Part shown: one piece after another, positions 29,165 through 38,794 of the stretch
How positions within the stretch are numbered: position 1 is the first letter of the stretch
Layout of the letters: each line of letters opens with the position of its first letter
Source: Thermodesulfovibrionales bacterium
GTDB taxonomy: Bacteria; Nitrospirota; Thermodesulfovibrionia; Thermodesulfovibrionales; SM23-35
Direction: 5' to 3'
DNA: 64,000 nucleotides
Assembly (NCBI GenBank): GCA_031082155.1
Contig: JAVHLL010000011.1
Coordinates: 13,064 to 77,063, forward strand
Translations under genes and position numbers: made by a program
The notes under the pieces: generated by a model
The model's input: only the letters and a program-made list of their open reading frames with translations
What the model was told of the DNA's origin: nothing
Databases searched by the model: none

Positions 29165-29193
29165 ATATTAAGAAGAGGTTCCTGGAATGTCAA
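29165..29193 (-). promoter_or_regulatory. Near-consensus sigma70 promoter for the DUF262 gene
   Basis: On the minus strand: TTGACA (29193-29188), 17-nt spacer, TAATAT (29170-29165). This predicts a 5'UTR of roughly 48 nt before ATG 29110. Confidence 0.55.
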
Positions 29194-29623
29194 TGTAAAT
29201 ACATAACCCTATCAATAGATTTTTGATTAATTGTTGTTTACTTGTCAGTGGCTTTATCTTTAACCTTATGGGCGAAAGATATGTGGCATTCCAGCGGAGT
29301 GCTGGTAGAAAACTACTTCCTGAACTACGTGCGGGGAGTATTGGGCAGTAGCCTGTTAAGTGCTCTCGAAAATCAACAGTAACAAAATTCCTATGTTACC
29401 CTAATTTGGTAGTTTATACTTAAGGATTAAAAGCCAAGAAAGCTTTAATCAGATACCTTATATCTTCTGTATCACTATTTCATTACCCTGCACAGAAATT
29501 AACAAAACAATATCGCTATTTTTTAGATAATAAGTTATAGTACACAGCTTCCATTTTACTAAAAGGGAAAACTTACTGATTTTTTGAATGTATTACAAAT
29601 AAAAAATAAAAAGGAGACAAAAC

Positions 29624-30223
29624 ATGAAAACAAAAAAGAGCATAATGGCAATACTGATTATTTGTAGCTTTCTATTGATCACATGGTTGCCATGTCAGGC
29701 AGAGGATGTTCTGTGTGGTTGTGCAAAAACTAAGAAAGGTACATTACGTCTCATTGACTGCAGTAGTCAGTGCCTAAAATCTGAATACCCTGTAACTTTC
29801 TCTGGTATTTCTCAACAAAATCAGAATCCAATACCGTATTTTGAAGGAACTCTTTGTTGGGCAGCACATATAACTGAGGATGAAAATGGCCTGACTGATG
29901 GAAATTTTTTGTTTAAAATGGATGTTACATATTTGAATGGAGATTATTATATAGTCCAAGGTGTGGTAGATGTTCCTTCTGATTATCCAAATGTTTTTAA
30001 TGGAGGTGCATTGGTTAAGGACAACAATATTATTTTTAATCTTGTAGGTTCTCAGGAGCATGTTTCTCCTTATAGAGATAGTGGTATTTCGCAAGCGCGC
30101 CTTGATAAAACAACTTTGAATGGCACCTTTTGGAGTAATTATATGAGTTTTAACACATCAACACGCGAAGCAGAAGATACTAATTATTCCGCAGGAACTC
30201 TAACTCTGACGACTTGTCCGTAA
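29624..30223 (+). CDS. Secreted Cys-containing beta-rich protein, orphan
   Basis: Signal peptide MKTKKSIMAILIICSFLLITWLPCQA, then a Cys cluster (CGCAKTKKGTLRLIDCSSQC) and a beta-strand-like remainder ending TLTTCP. AAAGGAGA SD. Low GC. Confidence 0.65.
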   Translation: MKTKKSIMAILIICSFLLITWLPCQAEDVLCGCAKTKKGTLRLIDCSSQCLKSEYPVTFSGISQQNQNPIPYFEGTLCWAAHITEDENGLTDGNFLFKMDVTYLNGDYYIVQGVVDVPSDYPNVFNGGALVKDNNIIFNLVGSQEHVSPYRDSGISQARLDKTTLNGTFWSNYMSFNTSTREAEDTNYSAGTLTLTTCP

Positions 30224-30280
30224 TTTTAGTGGTGTTTGCTAAATGTTGATCCCAACACATATCGGATAAATAAACTCGTG

Positions 30281-30314
30281 AAGAAGGCAGAGTCAGTAAT
30301 GGCTCTGCCTTCTT
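30281..30314 (+). terminator. Perfect 12-bp hairpin downstream of the orphan secreted-protein gene (possible terminator; weak U-tract)
   Basis: AAGAAGGCAGAG (30281-30292), 10-nt loop, CTCTGCCTTCTT (30303-30314). Confidence 0.5.
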
Positions 30315-30708
30315 AATTGGTTATTCCTTTCGTTAATCTTCAATCTCTATACTTTATTCAGACGCAACATTTGTAGGTGTCATCAACAATTTGCGCTCTT
30401 CGGATTCAACCGAGAGAACCAGCGCAGTACAGTTTGAAACAAACGTTATCTATCGATTTGTGTCTTCTTACATTTATTCCATTAACCCTAAGACCCCTCA
30501 AAGCGCTGGGGTCCCTGACTGGAACGAAGGTATTATCCTTTATCAGGATTCTCGGCCACGACGACTTGTACAAAAGCCCGTATAAGGTCATCCGCTGAAA
30601 GGCATTCTCTTCACTGTGAGAGATACTGGAGCTATTGAGCAACAATCCTCAGTACGTCAGTTGGGAAAACATGATTCTTGTTGTAATTATGGGTATAATG
30701 GAAAAAGC

Positions 30709-31233
30709 ATGAGCGGAACTGCAGTATGGATAACGGGGCTGCCGGGAAGCGGAAAAAGTACGGTCGCCAATGAGCTGAAAAAAGCATATCCTCACTTTGT
30801 TGTCCTGCGAATGGACGAATTAAGAAGAATTGTTACGCCGGAACCGACCTATTCCGAAGCTGAAAGAGACCTGGTCTATCGTGCCCTTGTTTTTCTTGCC
30901 AAAAAACTGACTGAACTGGGACACGATGTTATTCTGGACGCTACGGGGAATATCGGAGTATGGCGCAACCTTGCGCGGGAACTTATCCCCAAATATATTG
31001 AAGTCTATCTGCGCTGCTCTCTCCGCATATGCAGGGAAAGGGAAATGGAGAGGCCGGATTCTTTTGGAGCGCCAAGAGATATATATAAAAAAGGAGCTGA
31101 AGGCTGGCCGGTGCCAGGAGCAGGCGCACCTTACGAAGAGCCGGTGCATCCCGAACTGATGATAGACACGGAGAGTATCTCAGCGGTGGAAGCGGCAAAG
31201 AGTATAGGGAAGCTATTGTCAGAACTGCAGTAA
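30709..31233 (+). CDS. P-loop kinase, adenylylsulfate-kinase-like fold (substrate uncertain)
   Basis: VWITGLPGSGKSTVANEL Walker A and overall size resemble CysC, but the LDGD-type APS motif is not obvious. Start at ATG 30709. TATAAT lies 9 nt upstream. Confidence 0.65.
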   Translation: MSGTAVWITGLPGSGKSTVANELKKAYPHFVVLRMDELRRIVTPEPTYSEAERDLVYRALVFLAKKLTELGHDVILDATGNIGVWRNLARELIPKYIEVYLRCSLRICREREMERPDSFGAPRDIYKKGAEGWPVPGAGAPYEEPVHPELMIDTESISAVEAAKSIGKLLSELQ

Positions 31234-31270
31234 TGTCACGGGATTAGGAAATAACTTTCCCGGTGACATT
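31232..31270. terminator. Hairpin filling the gap between convergent genes (kinase-like / lptD)
   Basis: AATGTCACGGG (31232-31242) pairs with CCCGGTGACATT (31259-31270), giving 11 bp with one bulge and a 16-nt loop. Confidence 0.5.
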
Positions 31271-33241
31271 TTACATATTCATAGATTTTGAAAGCCCTTT
31301 CAGTTCGAAACGGAACGAGATATCAAAATCCCCGGGAACCTTCCTCATCATGAGACGGAACCCCCAGCACTGATGGCTGTAAAGCATGGAAAGGCCGATG
31401 TCTTTCAATTTTTCTTCTCTCGCATCATACCACACATTCCCCTCGAGATAGAGAGGCTTGAAGGGACGGAAACCGAGACCGGTCCGATAAAAGCTGATAT
31501 CGTCTTTTTTACTGTATCGCTGCCCTGCAGAGAAGGTTGTATCGGATACACTGAATGACATATCGGAATTTATGTTTTCAAGGTCCCCGGTATGTATATC
31601 GTACCTGGCTTCAAGTCGTAGAGAAAGGGGTTTTTTTATTCCGACTTCGATCCTGAAGGGGAGAAAAGGCCTGTCTCCCCTCTCGCTGTCGAATTCCTGT
31701 GAGAGCCTTATCACCATGATCTCGCCATCCCGGTCTCTTAGTCTGTTCAGTACCGCAAGTTCAAGCGTCGATGTTTTTCTGAATAATTCTGCAGAATCAA
31801 ACACGGGGAGATCATTCTCTGAATTCAGAATGAGTGTGTAGCCGAGAGAAGGTTCTACGATATGGGTGAGCGATCCGTATTTTCTGAATAACCGGGTATT
31901 CCCTATAAGACTGTACGCAAGGGATTCTCTGTGGGGATTCTCGTCGGGAGCATCTCTGTAGAGCGAATAGGCAGTTTCTCTCAACCCGAGTGTCTGCATG
32001 AGGACAAAATCTTTTCCAAGAGTATGGGAAATCATCGGGTAGATATCAAGCCGCTGTCCGAACACGCCGTCGTCTCTCCAGAAATTTGAGACCGATGAAG
32101 ATGCGGAAAACCAGAACTGGTTGTATTTGACCGGGTTCAGTATATATCCCGCTTCAGGCAACCGCTGAGAGGGAGAAAAGGAGGTGTCCTTGAGGTCTAT
32201 CCAGTATTGTGACAGGACATAGGCACGTGAATTTTTGAGGGGTAGGGATAGTTCCCCTGTGGACTCAAGGAAACGATTGGATCGGACCGCGATATCGGAA
32301 TTAAATTCTCGGTAAAAATCTTTTTCATTGATATAATTGACCGAGAGGAATCCTCCGATGCTGTCCGGATTACGCTGATTATGGATTCCTTTCAGTTCAA
32401 AGAAGTCCTTGGTGAGTTCCGTGTCTTTTATATGGTATGCCAGCCAGGAGCCTTTCACCTGCTCAGGTGCGACATACCGGTATTCCAGCCCTTTACCGAT
32501 ACCCTTTTTTGTGTATTCGTCCATGAGCAGTGTTGCGTCACTGCTTTCCGATATCGCCCAGTAAAACGGCACATGGAAATAGAGTCCCTTTGCCGTGCTG
32601 TACCCTATATCAGGCAGGAGAAAACCGGTTTTCCGCTCAGAGAGGACAGGAGCCCAGAAATAGGGAGTGTAGAAAACCGGAAGGTTTTTTATCCTGAAAG
32701 ATACATCCCTTGCATTCAATTCCTGTCCCGTGATGAGTGAGACCTGTTTCCCCCCAAAACACCATGAAGGGAGCAGGCCGTCGCAAGTCGTGAATGATGC
32801 CGCAGGACTGACATAATATCCATCGCCTTTCTTTTCAAATTCCTTGCCTGCAATGCGGTAATTATCCTTCCTGAACAGGATCTCTGCATCAGAGAGCTTG
32901 CCGGTTTTCGCAGTAAGATTCATGTCAACTCTCTCTGCAGTAATCACCACATCACTGTCGCTGTAGCGCACCGATCCTGTTGCAACTGCGTCATCTGTTG
33001 CCGTGTTGTAGATAATCTCATCGGCTTCGAGAATTACATTCTCTTTTTCTATCCTCACTTTGCCTTTTGCGATATAGAGCGATTTCTCCTGAAGATATTC
33101 AAGGGTTTCGGACGATATACTGGTCTGTCCGGCGGTGAGAGCACAGACAGTGAACGGTGAACAGCAAAGAGTGACAACGAAGATCAAAAGAAATACGGAA
33201 AGAGATCTTTTGCTGTTGAATGGTGACTGGCCACTTTTCAC
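31271..33241 (-). CDS. lptD: LPS-assembly outer-membrane protein LptD (OstA family)
   Basis: 656 aa. Signal sequence, an N-terminal OstA-like domain (IEKENVILEADEIIYN...ATGSVRY), then a large beta-barrel rich in aromatic-X-aromatic strands. Confidence 0.88.
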   Translation of the reverse strand: MKSGQSPFNSKRSLSVFLLIFVVTLCCSPFTVCALTAGQTSISSETLEYLQEKSLYIAKGKVRIEKENVILEADEIIYNTATDDAVATGSVRYSDSDVVITAERVDMNLTAKTGKLSDAEILFRKDNYRIAGKEFEKKGDGYYVSPAASFTTCDGLLPSWCFGGKQVSLITGQELNARDVSFRIKNLPVFYTPYFWAPVLSERKTGFLLPDIGYSTAKGLYFHVPFYWAISESSDATLLMDEYTKKGIGKGLEYRYVAPEQVKGSWLAYHIKDTELTKDFFELKGIHNQRNPDSIGGFLSVNYINEKDFYREFNSDIAVRSNRFLESTGELSLPLKNSRAYVLSQYWIDLKDTSFSPSQRLPEAGYILNPVKYNQFWFSASSSVSNFWRDDGVFGQRLDIYPMISHTLGKDFVLMQTLGLRETAYSLYRDAPDENPHRESLAYSLIGNTRLFRKYGSLTHIVEPSLGYTLILNSENDLPVFDSAELFRKTSTLELAVLNRLRDRDGEIMVIRLSQEFDSERGDRPFLPFRIEVGIKKPLSLRLEARYDIHTGDLENINSDMSFSVSDTTFSAGQRYSKKDDISFYRTGLGFRPFKPLYLEGNVWYDAREEKLKDIGLSMLYSHQCWGFRLMMRKVPGDFDISFRFELKGLSKSMNM

Positions 33242-33246
33242 GGTAT

Positions 33247-34617
33247 TTATTCCCTCAGGTCCGTAAGGACTCCTTTGTTTCCCAGAACTTCGCTGGCCTC
33301 TCCGATCGTGTAGAAGGATCCCGTTACTACAACGAGCGAATCGTCCCCCAGGGAAACAGCAAGTGCTTTGGCGATATCCAGTGCCTGATGAACAGTCGGG
33401 ACGGCAGTGAGATTGGAATACCCAAGGGATTGGGCAATACGTTCGAGCTTGTCGGGTTTTGCAGCCCTGCGGTAATCAGGAGCAGTGAGAATAATCCCGG
33501 ATGCAATTGGGAGCAGGGGTTCCATGATCCCGCGGATATCTTTGTCGTCCATGACTCCGAGCACGAGGATGATGTTCTGATATTTTTTCAGGAATGTTCT
33601 CTCAAGAGCACGGGCAAGAACTGTTGCTGCCGAAGGGTTATGCGCGCCGTCAAGCACAACAGGGGGAAAGCCATGGAATAACTGAAGCCGTCCCGGCCAG
33701 CTGACAGCGTTGAGACCTTCCCGGATCGATTGGTGATTAATACTGCAAAACAATCCGGAATTCTCCCTGCCCAGAGGTTTCAGGAAAGACAGATGCTGCG
33801 AACATAATTCAACGGCTTTTATGGCGACGGAGGCGTTCTCCATCTGATGTTCACCCGGGAGAGGTACGAAGAGGTCGTTTAAGGACAGTTCTTTCCCCTG
33901 GCGGTAATCAAACCGGATTCCACCGGTCTCCTCCTGTTTCAGTACCGATGAAAAATCATGACCGTAGAATGAGATTTCCGTATTTTCTTTGCCTGTTTTT
34001 TCTTTTAAGACCCTTTCCGCTTCAGGCTCCTGCCGGGATGAAACAACGGGGATGCCTGACTTGATGATGCCCGCTTTTTCCCGGGCTATTTCTTCAAGTC
34101 TAGCGCCGAGAAATTCCTTGTGATCATAACTAATGGTCGTAATCACGGTCAGCATAGGATGAATTATATTCGTTGCATCAAGCCTTCCCCCCATGCCGGT
34201 TTCAAACACCGCGATATCCACTTGTTTTCTTTTGAAATAGAGGAGAGCGAGTGCGGTTACTACTTCAAAGAATGTCGGCGAAAAATCGTTGCACTGTAGG
34301 ACTCTTTCCCTGATCTCACCAGAAAGGTCAATAACCTCGTGTTCTTTTATTTCCTGACTGTTGATCCTGATTCTTTCGGTAAAACTCACAAGATGAGGTG
34401 AGGTGAACAGTCCTGTCCGGAAACCGGCAGCCTGCAGAATAGAGGCGATCATCGCCGATGTTGAACCCTTTCCGTTTGTCCCTGCAACATGAACGGAAAG
34501 AAAGGATTCGTGGGGATTGTCCAGCAGGGCGGCAAGGCGGGTTATGTTCTCGAGACCAAATTTTATGCCGTATTTCTGGAGACTGTAGAGATACTGAACA
34601 GCATCGCGATAACTCAT
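33247..34617 (-). CDS. folC: Folylpolyglutamate synthase / dihydrofolate synthase
   Basis: Mur-ligase P-loop VHVAGTNGKGST, TSPHLVSFTERI, and a typical FolC length (456 aa). Confidence 0.92.
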   Translation of the reverse strand: MSYRDAVQYLYSLQKYGIKFGLENITRLAALLDNPHESFLSVHVAGTNGKGSTSAMIASILQAAGFRTGLFTSPHLVSFTERIRINSQEIKEHEVIDLSGEIRERVLQCNDFSPTFFEVVTALALLYFKRKQVDIAVFETGMGGRLDATNIIHPMLTVITTISYDHKEFLGARLEEIAREKAGIIKSGIPVVSSRQEPEAERVLKEKTGKENTEISFYGHDFSSVLKQEETGGIRFDYRQGKELSLNDLFVPLPGEHQMENASVAIKAVELCSQHLSFLKPLGRENSGLFCSINHQSIREGLNAVSWPGRLQLFHGFPPVVLDGAHNPSAATVLARALERTFLKKYQNIILVLGVMDDKDIRGIMEPLLPIASGIILTAPDYRRAAKPDKLERIAQSLGYSNLTAVPTVHQALDIAKALAVSLGDDSLVVVTGSFYTIGEASEVLGNKGVLTDLRE

Positions 34618-35447
34618 AAGAGAAGTTCGAAGAGTCTCGCGAGCGTGTCCCTGAGGTTTTTTCTATCCACAACCAAATCTATGAGTCCGTGATCAAGAAG
34701 AAAATCCGCCCGCTGGAAATCATCCGGCAGCGGCTGCTTGATGGTCTGCTCGATTACCCTCGGACCGGCAAATCCGATCAGACTTTTCGGTTCGGCGATA
34801 ATGATATCTCCGAGGGTTGCGAAGCTTGCGGTGACCCCACCGAAGGTTGGATCACAGAGAATTGAGATGTAGAGTATCCCGGCTTCTTTCAGTCTGCCGA
34901 CCGCAGCCGAGACTTTTGCCATCTGCATGAGCGAAAAAATCCCCTCCTGCATGCGTGCCCCCCCCGAGGCAGAAACCGCGATGAAGGGCTGCTCTTTTTC
35001 GAGGGCCCTCTCGGCAGTCCTCGCAACCTTTTCACCGACAACCGATCCCATGCTGCCACCCATAAAGTGAAAGTCCATAATGATAAGGCTGACAGGAATG
35101 CCCTTGATGAGGGCGTCACCGGCGATTACCGCTTCGTTGAGCCCGCTTTTCTTCTGATTGTCCCTGAGCCTGTCTTTATAGGAAGCAGAGTCCCGGAAGT
35201 TCAGTGGGTCCAGTGATTCAAGCGTTGCATCAGTTTCTACAAAACTGCCTTCGTCGACGAGAAATTTGAGCCTCTCACGGGCGCTTATCCTGAAATGATA
35301 ATTGCATTTTGGACATATTTTCAGATTTTTCTCAATTTCTTTCTTGTAGATGATTTCCTTGCATCCATCGCATTTAACCCACAATCCTTCAGGGGTCTTC
35401 CCCTTTTTTTCCATCCTGATCTCTTTTGTTTTCTTAAACCAAGTCAT
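34614..35447 (-). CDS. accD: Acetyl-CoA carboxylase carboxyltransferase beta subunit
   Basis: Zn-ribbon CDGCKEIIYKKEIEKNLKICPKCNYHFR and carboxyltransferase motifs (FMGGSMGSVVGEK, SGGARMQEG). Confidence 0.95.
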   Translation of the reverse strand: MTWFKKTKEIRMEKKGKTPEGLWVKCDGCKEIIYKKEIEKNLKICPKCNYHFRISARERLKFLVDEGSFVETDATLESLDPLNFRDSASYKDRLRDNQKKSGLNEAVIAGDALIKGIPVSLIIMDFHFMGGSMGSVVGEKVARTAERALEKEQPFIAVSASGGARMQEGIFSLMQMAKVSAAVGRLKEAGILYISILCDPTFGGVTASFATLGDIIIAEPKSLIGFAGPRVIEQTIKQPLPDDFQRADFLLDHGLIDLVVDRKNLRDTLARLFELLL

Positions 35448-35478
35448 TGTAATCCCTTCTCTTCAGTACCCCCCTTGT

Positions 35479-36576
35479 TTATGTGTCGGGGGAAAAAACG
35501 TTTTCTTTGAAAAAACCGATGAATACCGCAACAATTTCTGCATCGAACTGCTTCCCCGAACATTTGCTCAACTCATGGAGAGCAGTCTCTGTGCTGTGTG
35601 CTTTCCGGTAGGGTCTGTCCGATGTCATGGCATCAAAGGTATCAGCAACAGCGATAATTCTTGCTATGACAGGTATATCGGTGTTGCGGAGATTATCCGG
35701 ATATCCTTCTCCGTCTATCCGCTCGTGATGTCCGCGCACTCCGGGAATGATATCCTTGAGTTGTCTGATATGTGCGAGAATTTCTGCGCCATAGGTTGAA
35801 TGCTTGGTCATTTTTTCATTTTCTTCAGAGGTAAGCCTGGTTTCCTTCATGAGGATATCGTCCCGTACCCCGATTTTCCCGATATCGTGGAGTATTGATG
35901 CGAGTCTCAGGTTATCGAGTTCCTTTCTGGAAAGACCCATCGTTTTCCCGATTACAGAACAGTAATTCATGACTCTTTTGGTATGACCACCTGTATAAGG
36001 GTCTCTTTTTTCGATCGTTTCTGCGAGCGCCTCTGCAGTATCGAAAAATGTCTCCCTCAATTCTTCATAGAGATGAGCGTTTTCGATTGCTATCGCCACC
36101 TGGTTCCCGAGCGTAAGCAATGCATCTTTATCTGGCTCATCAAATACGACTTTTTTTTTATTGATTGCCTGAAGAACGCCGAGTATCCTGTCTCTCGACC
36201 GGACAGGAACACAAATCATATTTCTTGTGCTGAAATGACTCCGCTCGTCAGCGAGCTTGCTGAATCTTGCATCCGACTGGCAGTCCGGGATAATGAGCGG
36301 CTCGCCCTTTTCTGCAACCCAGCCTGCAATTCCCTGGCCTTTTTTCAACCTGACTTCTTTGAGTGTTTCCCCTTTGTCTCCAAGGGCAACCTCAAAAAAA
36401 AGATCGCCCGATTCAGGATCGATAAGGAGAAGACTTGCAGCCTCTGCGTTGAGGAGCTTCATGGCCGCTTCAATGGCGCGTCTCTTTACCTCACCGATTT
36501 CAAGGGTGGAATTGATGAGCGCTGAGAGTTCCATCAATGCCTTGAGCTGTTCAAAACTTTTCATGCTTTTTTTCAC
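35479..36576 (-). CDS. GAF-domain HD-GYP phosphodiesterase (putative c-di-GMP hydrolase)
   Basis: N-terminal GAF region, then HD (ILHDIGKIGV) and HHERIDGEGYPD (the HD-GYP signature). ATGA overlap with the trpA stop. Confidence 0.88.
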   Translation of the reverse strand: MKKSMKSFEQLKALMELSALINSTLEIGEVKRRAIEAAMKLLNAEAASLLLIDPESGDLFFEVALGDKGETLKEVRLKKGQGIAGWVAEKGEPLIIPDCQSDARFSKLADERSHFSTRNMICVPVRSRDRILGVLQAINKKKVVFDEPDKDALLTLGNQVAIAIENAHLYEELRETFFDTAEALAETIEKRDPYTGGHTKRVMNYCSVIGKTMGLSRKELDNLRLASILHDIGKIGVRDDILMKETRLTSEENEKMTKHSTYGAEILAHIRQLKDIIPGVRGHHERIDGEGYPDNLRNTDIPVIARIIAVADTFDAMTSDRPYRKAHSTETALHELSKCSGKQFDAEIVAVFIGFFKENVFSPDT

Positions 36577-37352
36577 TGTATGGCTTGCCTCAGACTTGTA
36601 AGATAGTCCTTTACCCTGTCGGGACTTTCACGGTATTTTTTTATTATTGCGCTCCCGACGATGACCCCGTCGGCAAGCTGGGCAACTTCAGCCGCTTCCT
36701 CGGGTGCTGATACGCCAAAACCGACAGCTACAGGCTTATTGGTAAAATGTTTTATTCTGGATATCGAAGTATGAAAAGAACTGTTGAGGAGGAGGGTTCC
36801 ACCCGTGATGCCGGTTATTGAAACATAATAAATGAACCCTCTCGATGCCCTTGCAACTTTTTTTATCCGTTCATCGGTCGATGTAGGCGCGAGAAGGAAT
36901 ATCACGTTCAGTGAAGCCGGGTTCGTAAGGTTGAGAAAGTCGGCTGCCTCATCAGGAGGGAGATCGGGGATAATAACACCGTCGACCCCTGCATGAGCGG
37001 CATCACGGACAAAATTCTCAACCCCGTATTTCATTACAGGATTGAAATAGGTCATAAGGATAAGTGGTATCTGAGTTGCCTTCCTCAGGTCTTCAACAAG
37101 CGCGATAACTTTTCTCAGAGTCACCCCGTTCTGCAATGCCCTTTCGGCAGCCTGCTGTATCGTTGGACCGTCTGCGAGAGGGTCTGAGAAAGGAACCCCG
37201 AGTTCAACGATATCTGCCCTGCACTCCTCGAAAAGGAACACGATTTCCTTCGTTGCGTCGAGAGACGGGTCGCCAGCCATAATATAAGGGATAAATGCTT
37301 TCTTCCCGTGTTTTTGCAGTTTTTTGAATGTTTTTTCTATTCTTGACCTCAT
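36573..37352 (-). CDS. trpA: Tryptophan synthase alpha chain
   Basis: 259 aa. [17 protein letters not shown] and [10 protein letters not shown] motifs. Confidence 0.95.
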   Translation of the reverse strand: MRSRIEKTFKKLQKHGKKAFIPYIMAGDPSLDATKEIVFLFEECRADIVELGVPFSDPLADGPTIQQAAERALQNGVTLRKVIALVEDLRKATQIPLILMTYFNPVMKYGVENFVRDAAHAGVDGVIIPDLPPDEAADFLNLTNPASLNVIFLLAPTSTDERIKKVARASRGFIYYVSITGITGGTLLLNSSFHTSISRIKHFTNKPVAVGFGVSAPEEAAEVAQLADGVIVGSAIIKKYRESPDRVKDYLTSLRQAIQ

Positions 37353-38533
37353 AATCCAATCCCTTTTATCTGTGCTACCTGCTGGACATCTTTATCGCCC
37401 CTGCCTGAAAGGTTCACAAGGATGATCTTTTCTTTTGAGAGCTGAGGAGCGATTTTTATGGCTTCTGCAACTGCATGCGCAGATTCGAGGGCAGGGATGA
37501 TCCCTTCTGTATGGGACAGGAGTTCGAAAGCCGCCAGTGCTTCGCCGTCTGTAGCGTAGGTATAGCGAACACGGCCTTCGTCCCGCAGGAACGGATGCTC
37601 AGGACCGATCGCGGCATAATCAAGACCCGCTGAAACAGAATGGGTGCCTAGTACATTCCCGTCGTCATCCTGAAGGAGATAAGTCTTGCAGCCCTGGAAG
37701 ACGCCGAAAGATCCGCCTGCGAAACGGGCGGCATGCTCTCCGGTTTCTATCCCCTTTCCTCCTGCTTCTACCCCTACCATCTGTATGGAAATATCCTTGA
37801 GGAATTCGGAAAAAAGCCCCATTGCATTGCTTCCTCCCCCCACACAGGCTATCAGGTAATCCGGAAGCTTTCCTTCAGCGCTGAACATTTGTTTTTTTGA
37901 CTCTTTCCCTATGACAGACTGAAACTCTCTCACCATTTCGGGAAAAGGATGGGGTCCATATACAGTGCCCAGAATATAATGGGTCGTCCGGACATTTGTA
38001 GTCCAGTCACGGAGGGCCTCATTGATCGCGTCCTTTAGTGTCTGCGACCCTGTCGGCACCTCTGTGACTTTTGCGCCGAGCAGTCGCATCCTGAATACGT
38101 TTAATGCTTGTCTCTGCATATCTACCGAGCCCATGTATATTTCACACCCGAGTCCCACAAGGGCAGCGCCAGTTGCTGTTGCAACACCATGCTGCCCGGC
38201 GCCTGTCTCGGCAATGACTCTTTTTTTGCCCATTTTCCTGGCGAGCAGGACCTGTCCAACGGCATTGTTGATTTTATGCGCGCCTGTGTGTGCAAGGTCT
38301 TCTCTTTTCAGGTATATCCTGGCCCCGCTGAGATGTTCAGTGAGACGTTTTGCATAGTAGAGCGGGGTAGGTCTTCCTATATAGGTTTTCTGAAGATGAA
38401 CCAGTTCCCGCCTGAAATCCTTGTCCTTCTTGGAATCGAGAAATGCTGCTTCGAGTTCCTGGAGTGCGGGCATGAGCGTCTCGGGAACGAACCGTCCGCC
38501 GTAGATGCCGAAGTAGCCTTTTTTATCTGGCAA
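37349..38533 (-). CDS. trpB: Tryptophan synthase beta chain
   Basis: 394 aa. [15 protein letters not shown] and the PLP-lysine region [14 protein letters not shown] start as in the ORF track, with the SD rather distant. Confidence 0.96.
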   Translation of the reverse strand: MPDKKGYFGIYGGRFVPETLMPALQELEAAFLDSKKDKDFRRELVHLQKTYIGRPTPLYYAKRLTEHLSGARIYLKREDLAHTGAHKINNAVGQVLLARKMGKKRVIAETGAGQHGVATATGAALVGLGCEIYMGSVDMQRQALNVFRMRLLGAKVTEVPTGSQTLKDAINEALRDWTTNVRTTHYILGTVYGPHPFPEMVREFQSVIGKESKKQMFSAEGKLPDYLIACVGGGSNAMGLFSEFLKDISIQMVGVEAGGKGIETGEHAARFAGGSFGVFQGCKTYLLQDDDGNVLGTHSVSAGLDYAAIGPEHPFLRDEGRVRYTYATDGEALAAFELLSHTEGIIPALESAHAVAEAIKIAPQLSKEKIILVNLSGRGDKDVQQVAQIKGIGL

Positions 38534-38794
38534 TTTGCTTATGGCAACCTCCTTTTGTTTGAAAGATTATTATATCCCATATACTCAAAATATTAAATGA
38601 CGAGATGAAAACAATGGGCAGGAAACCAGCGAAATTATTGAGTTGTGAATTATACATTCATATTACTTGATGATTCTAAAAATATTCGGCTTTCTGACGG
38701 ATTTGTTTTAGACATTTGAAAAAATTTAGTTCGGGTCATCCTCAAGGGTACATTCACAATATTTTGGTATCATGCCCGCAAGTTTTTCGCGTAT

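Noticed and set aside
30395-30430. tRNA fragment or att site (GGTTGAATCC-like T-loop on the minus strand) at the right edge of the low-GC islet
   Set aside because: The putative T-loop has 6 rather than 7 nt. There is no acceptor or anticodon arm, and no matching repeat at the left edge of the islet.
38531-38553. A second SD-plus-ATA start, as in hflX, for trpB (GGAGG-N6-ATA)
   Set aside because: The in-frame TTG at 38533 gives an N-terminus (MPDKKGYFG...) that aligns with typical TrpB starts. The ATA interpretation adds only three residues and has no independent support.
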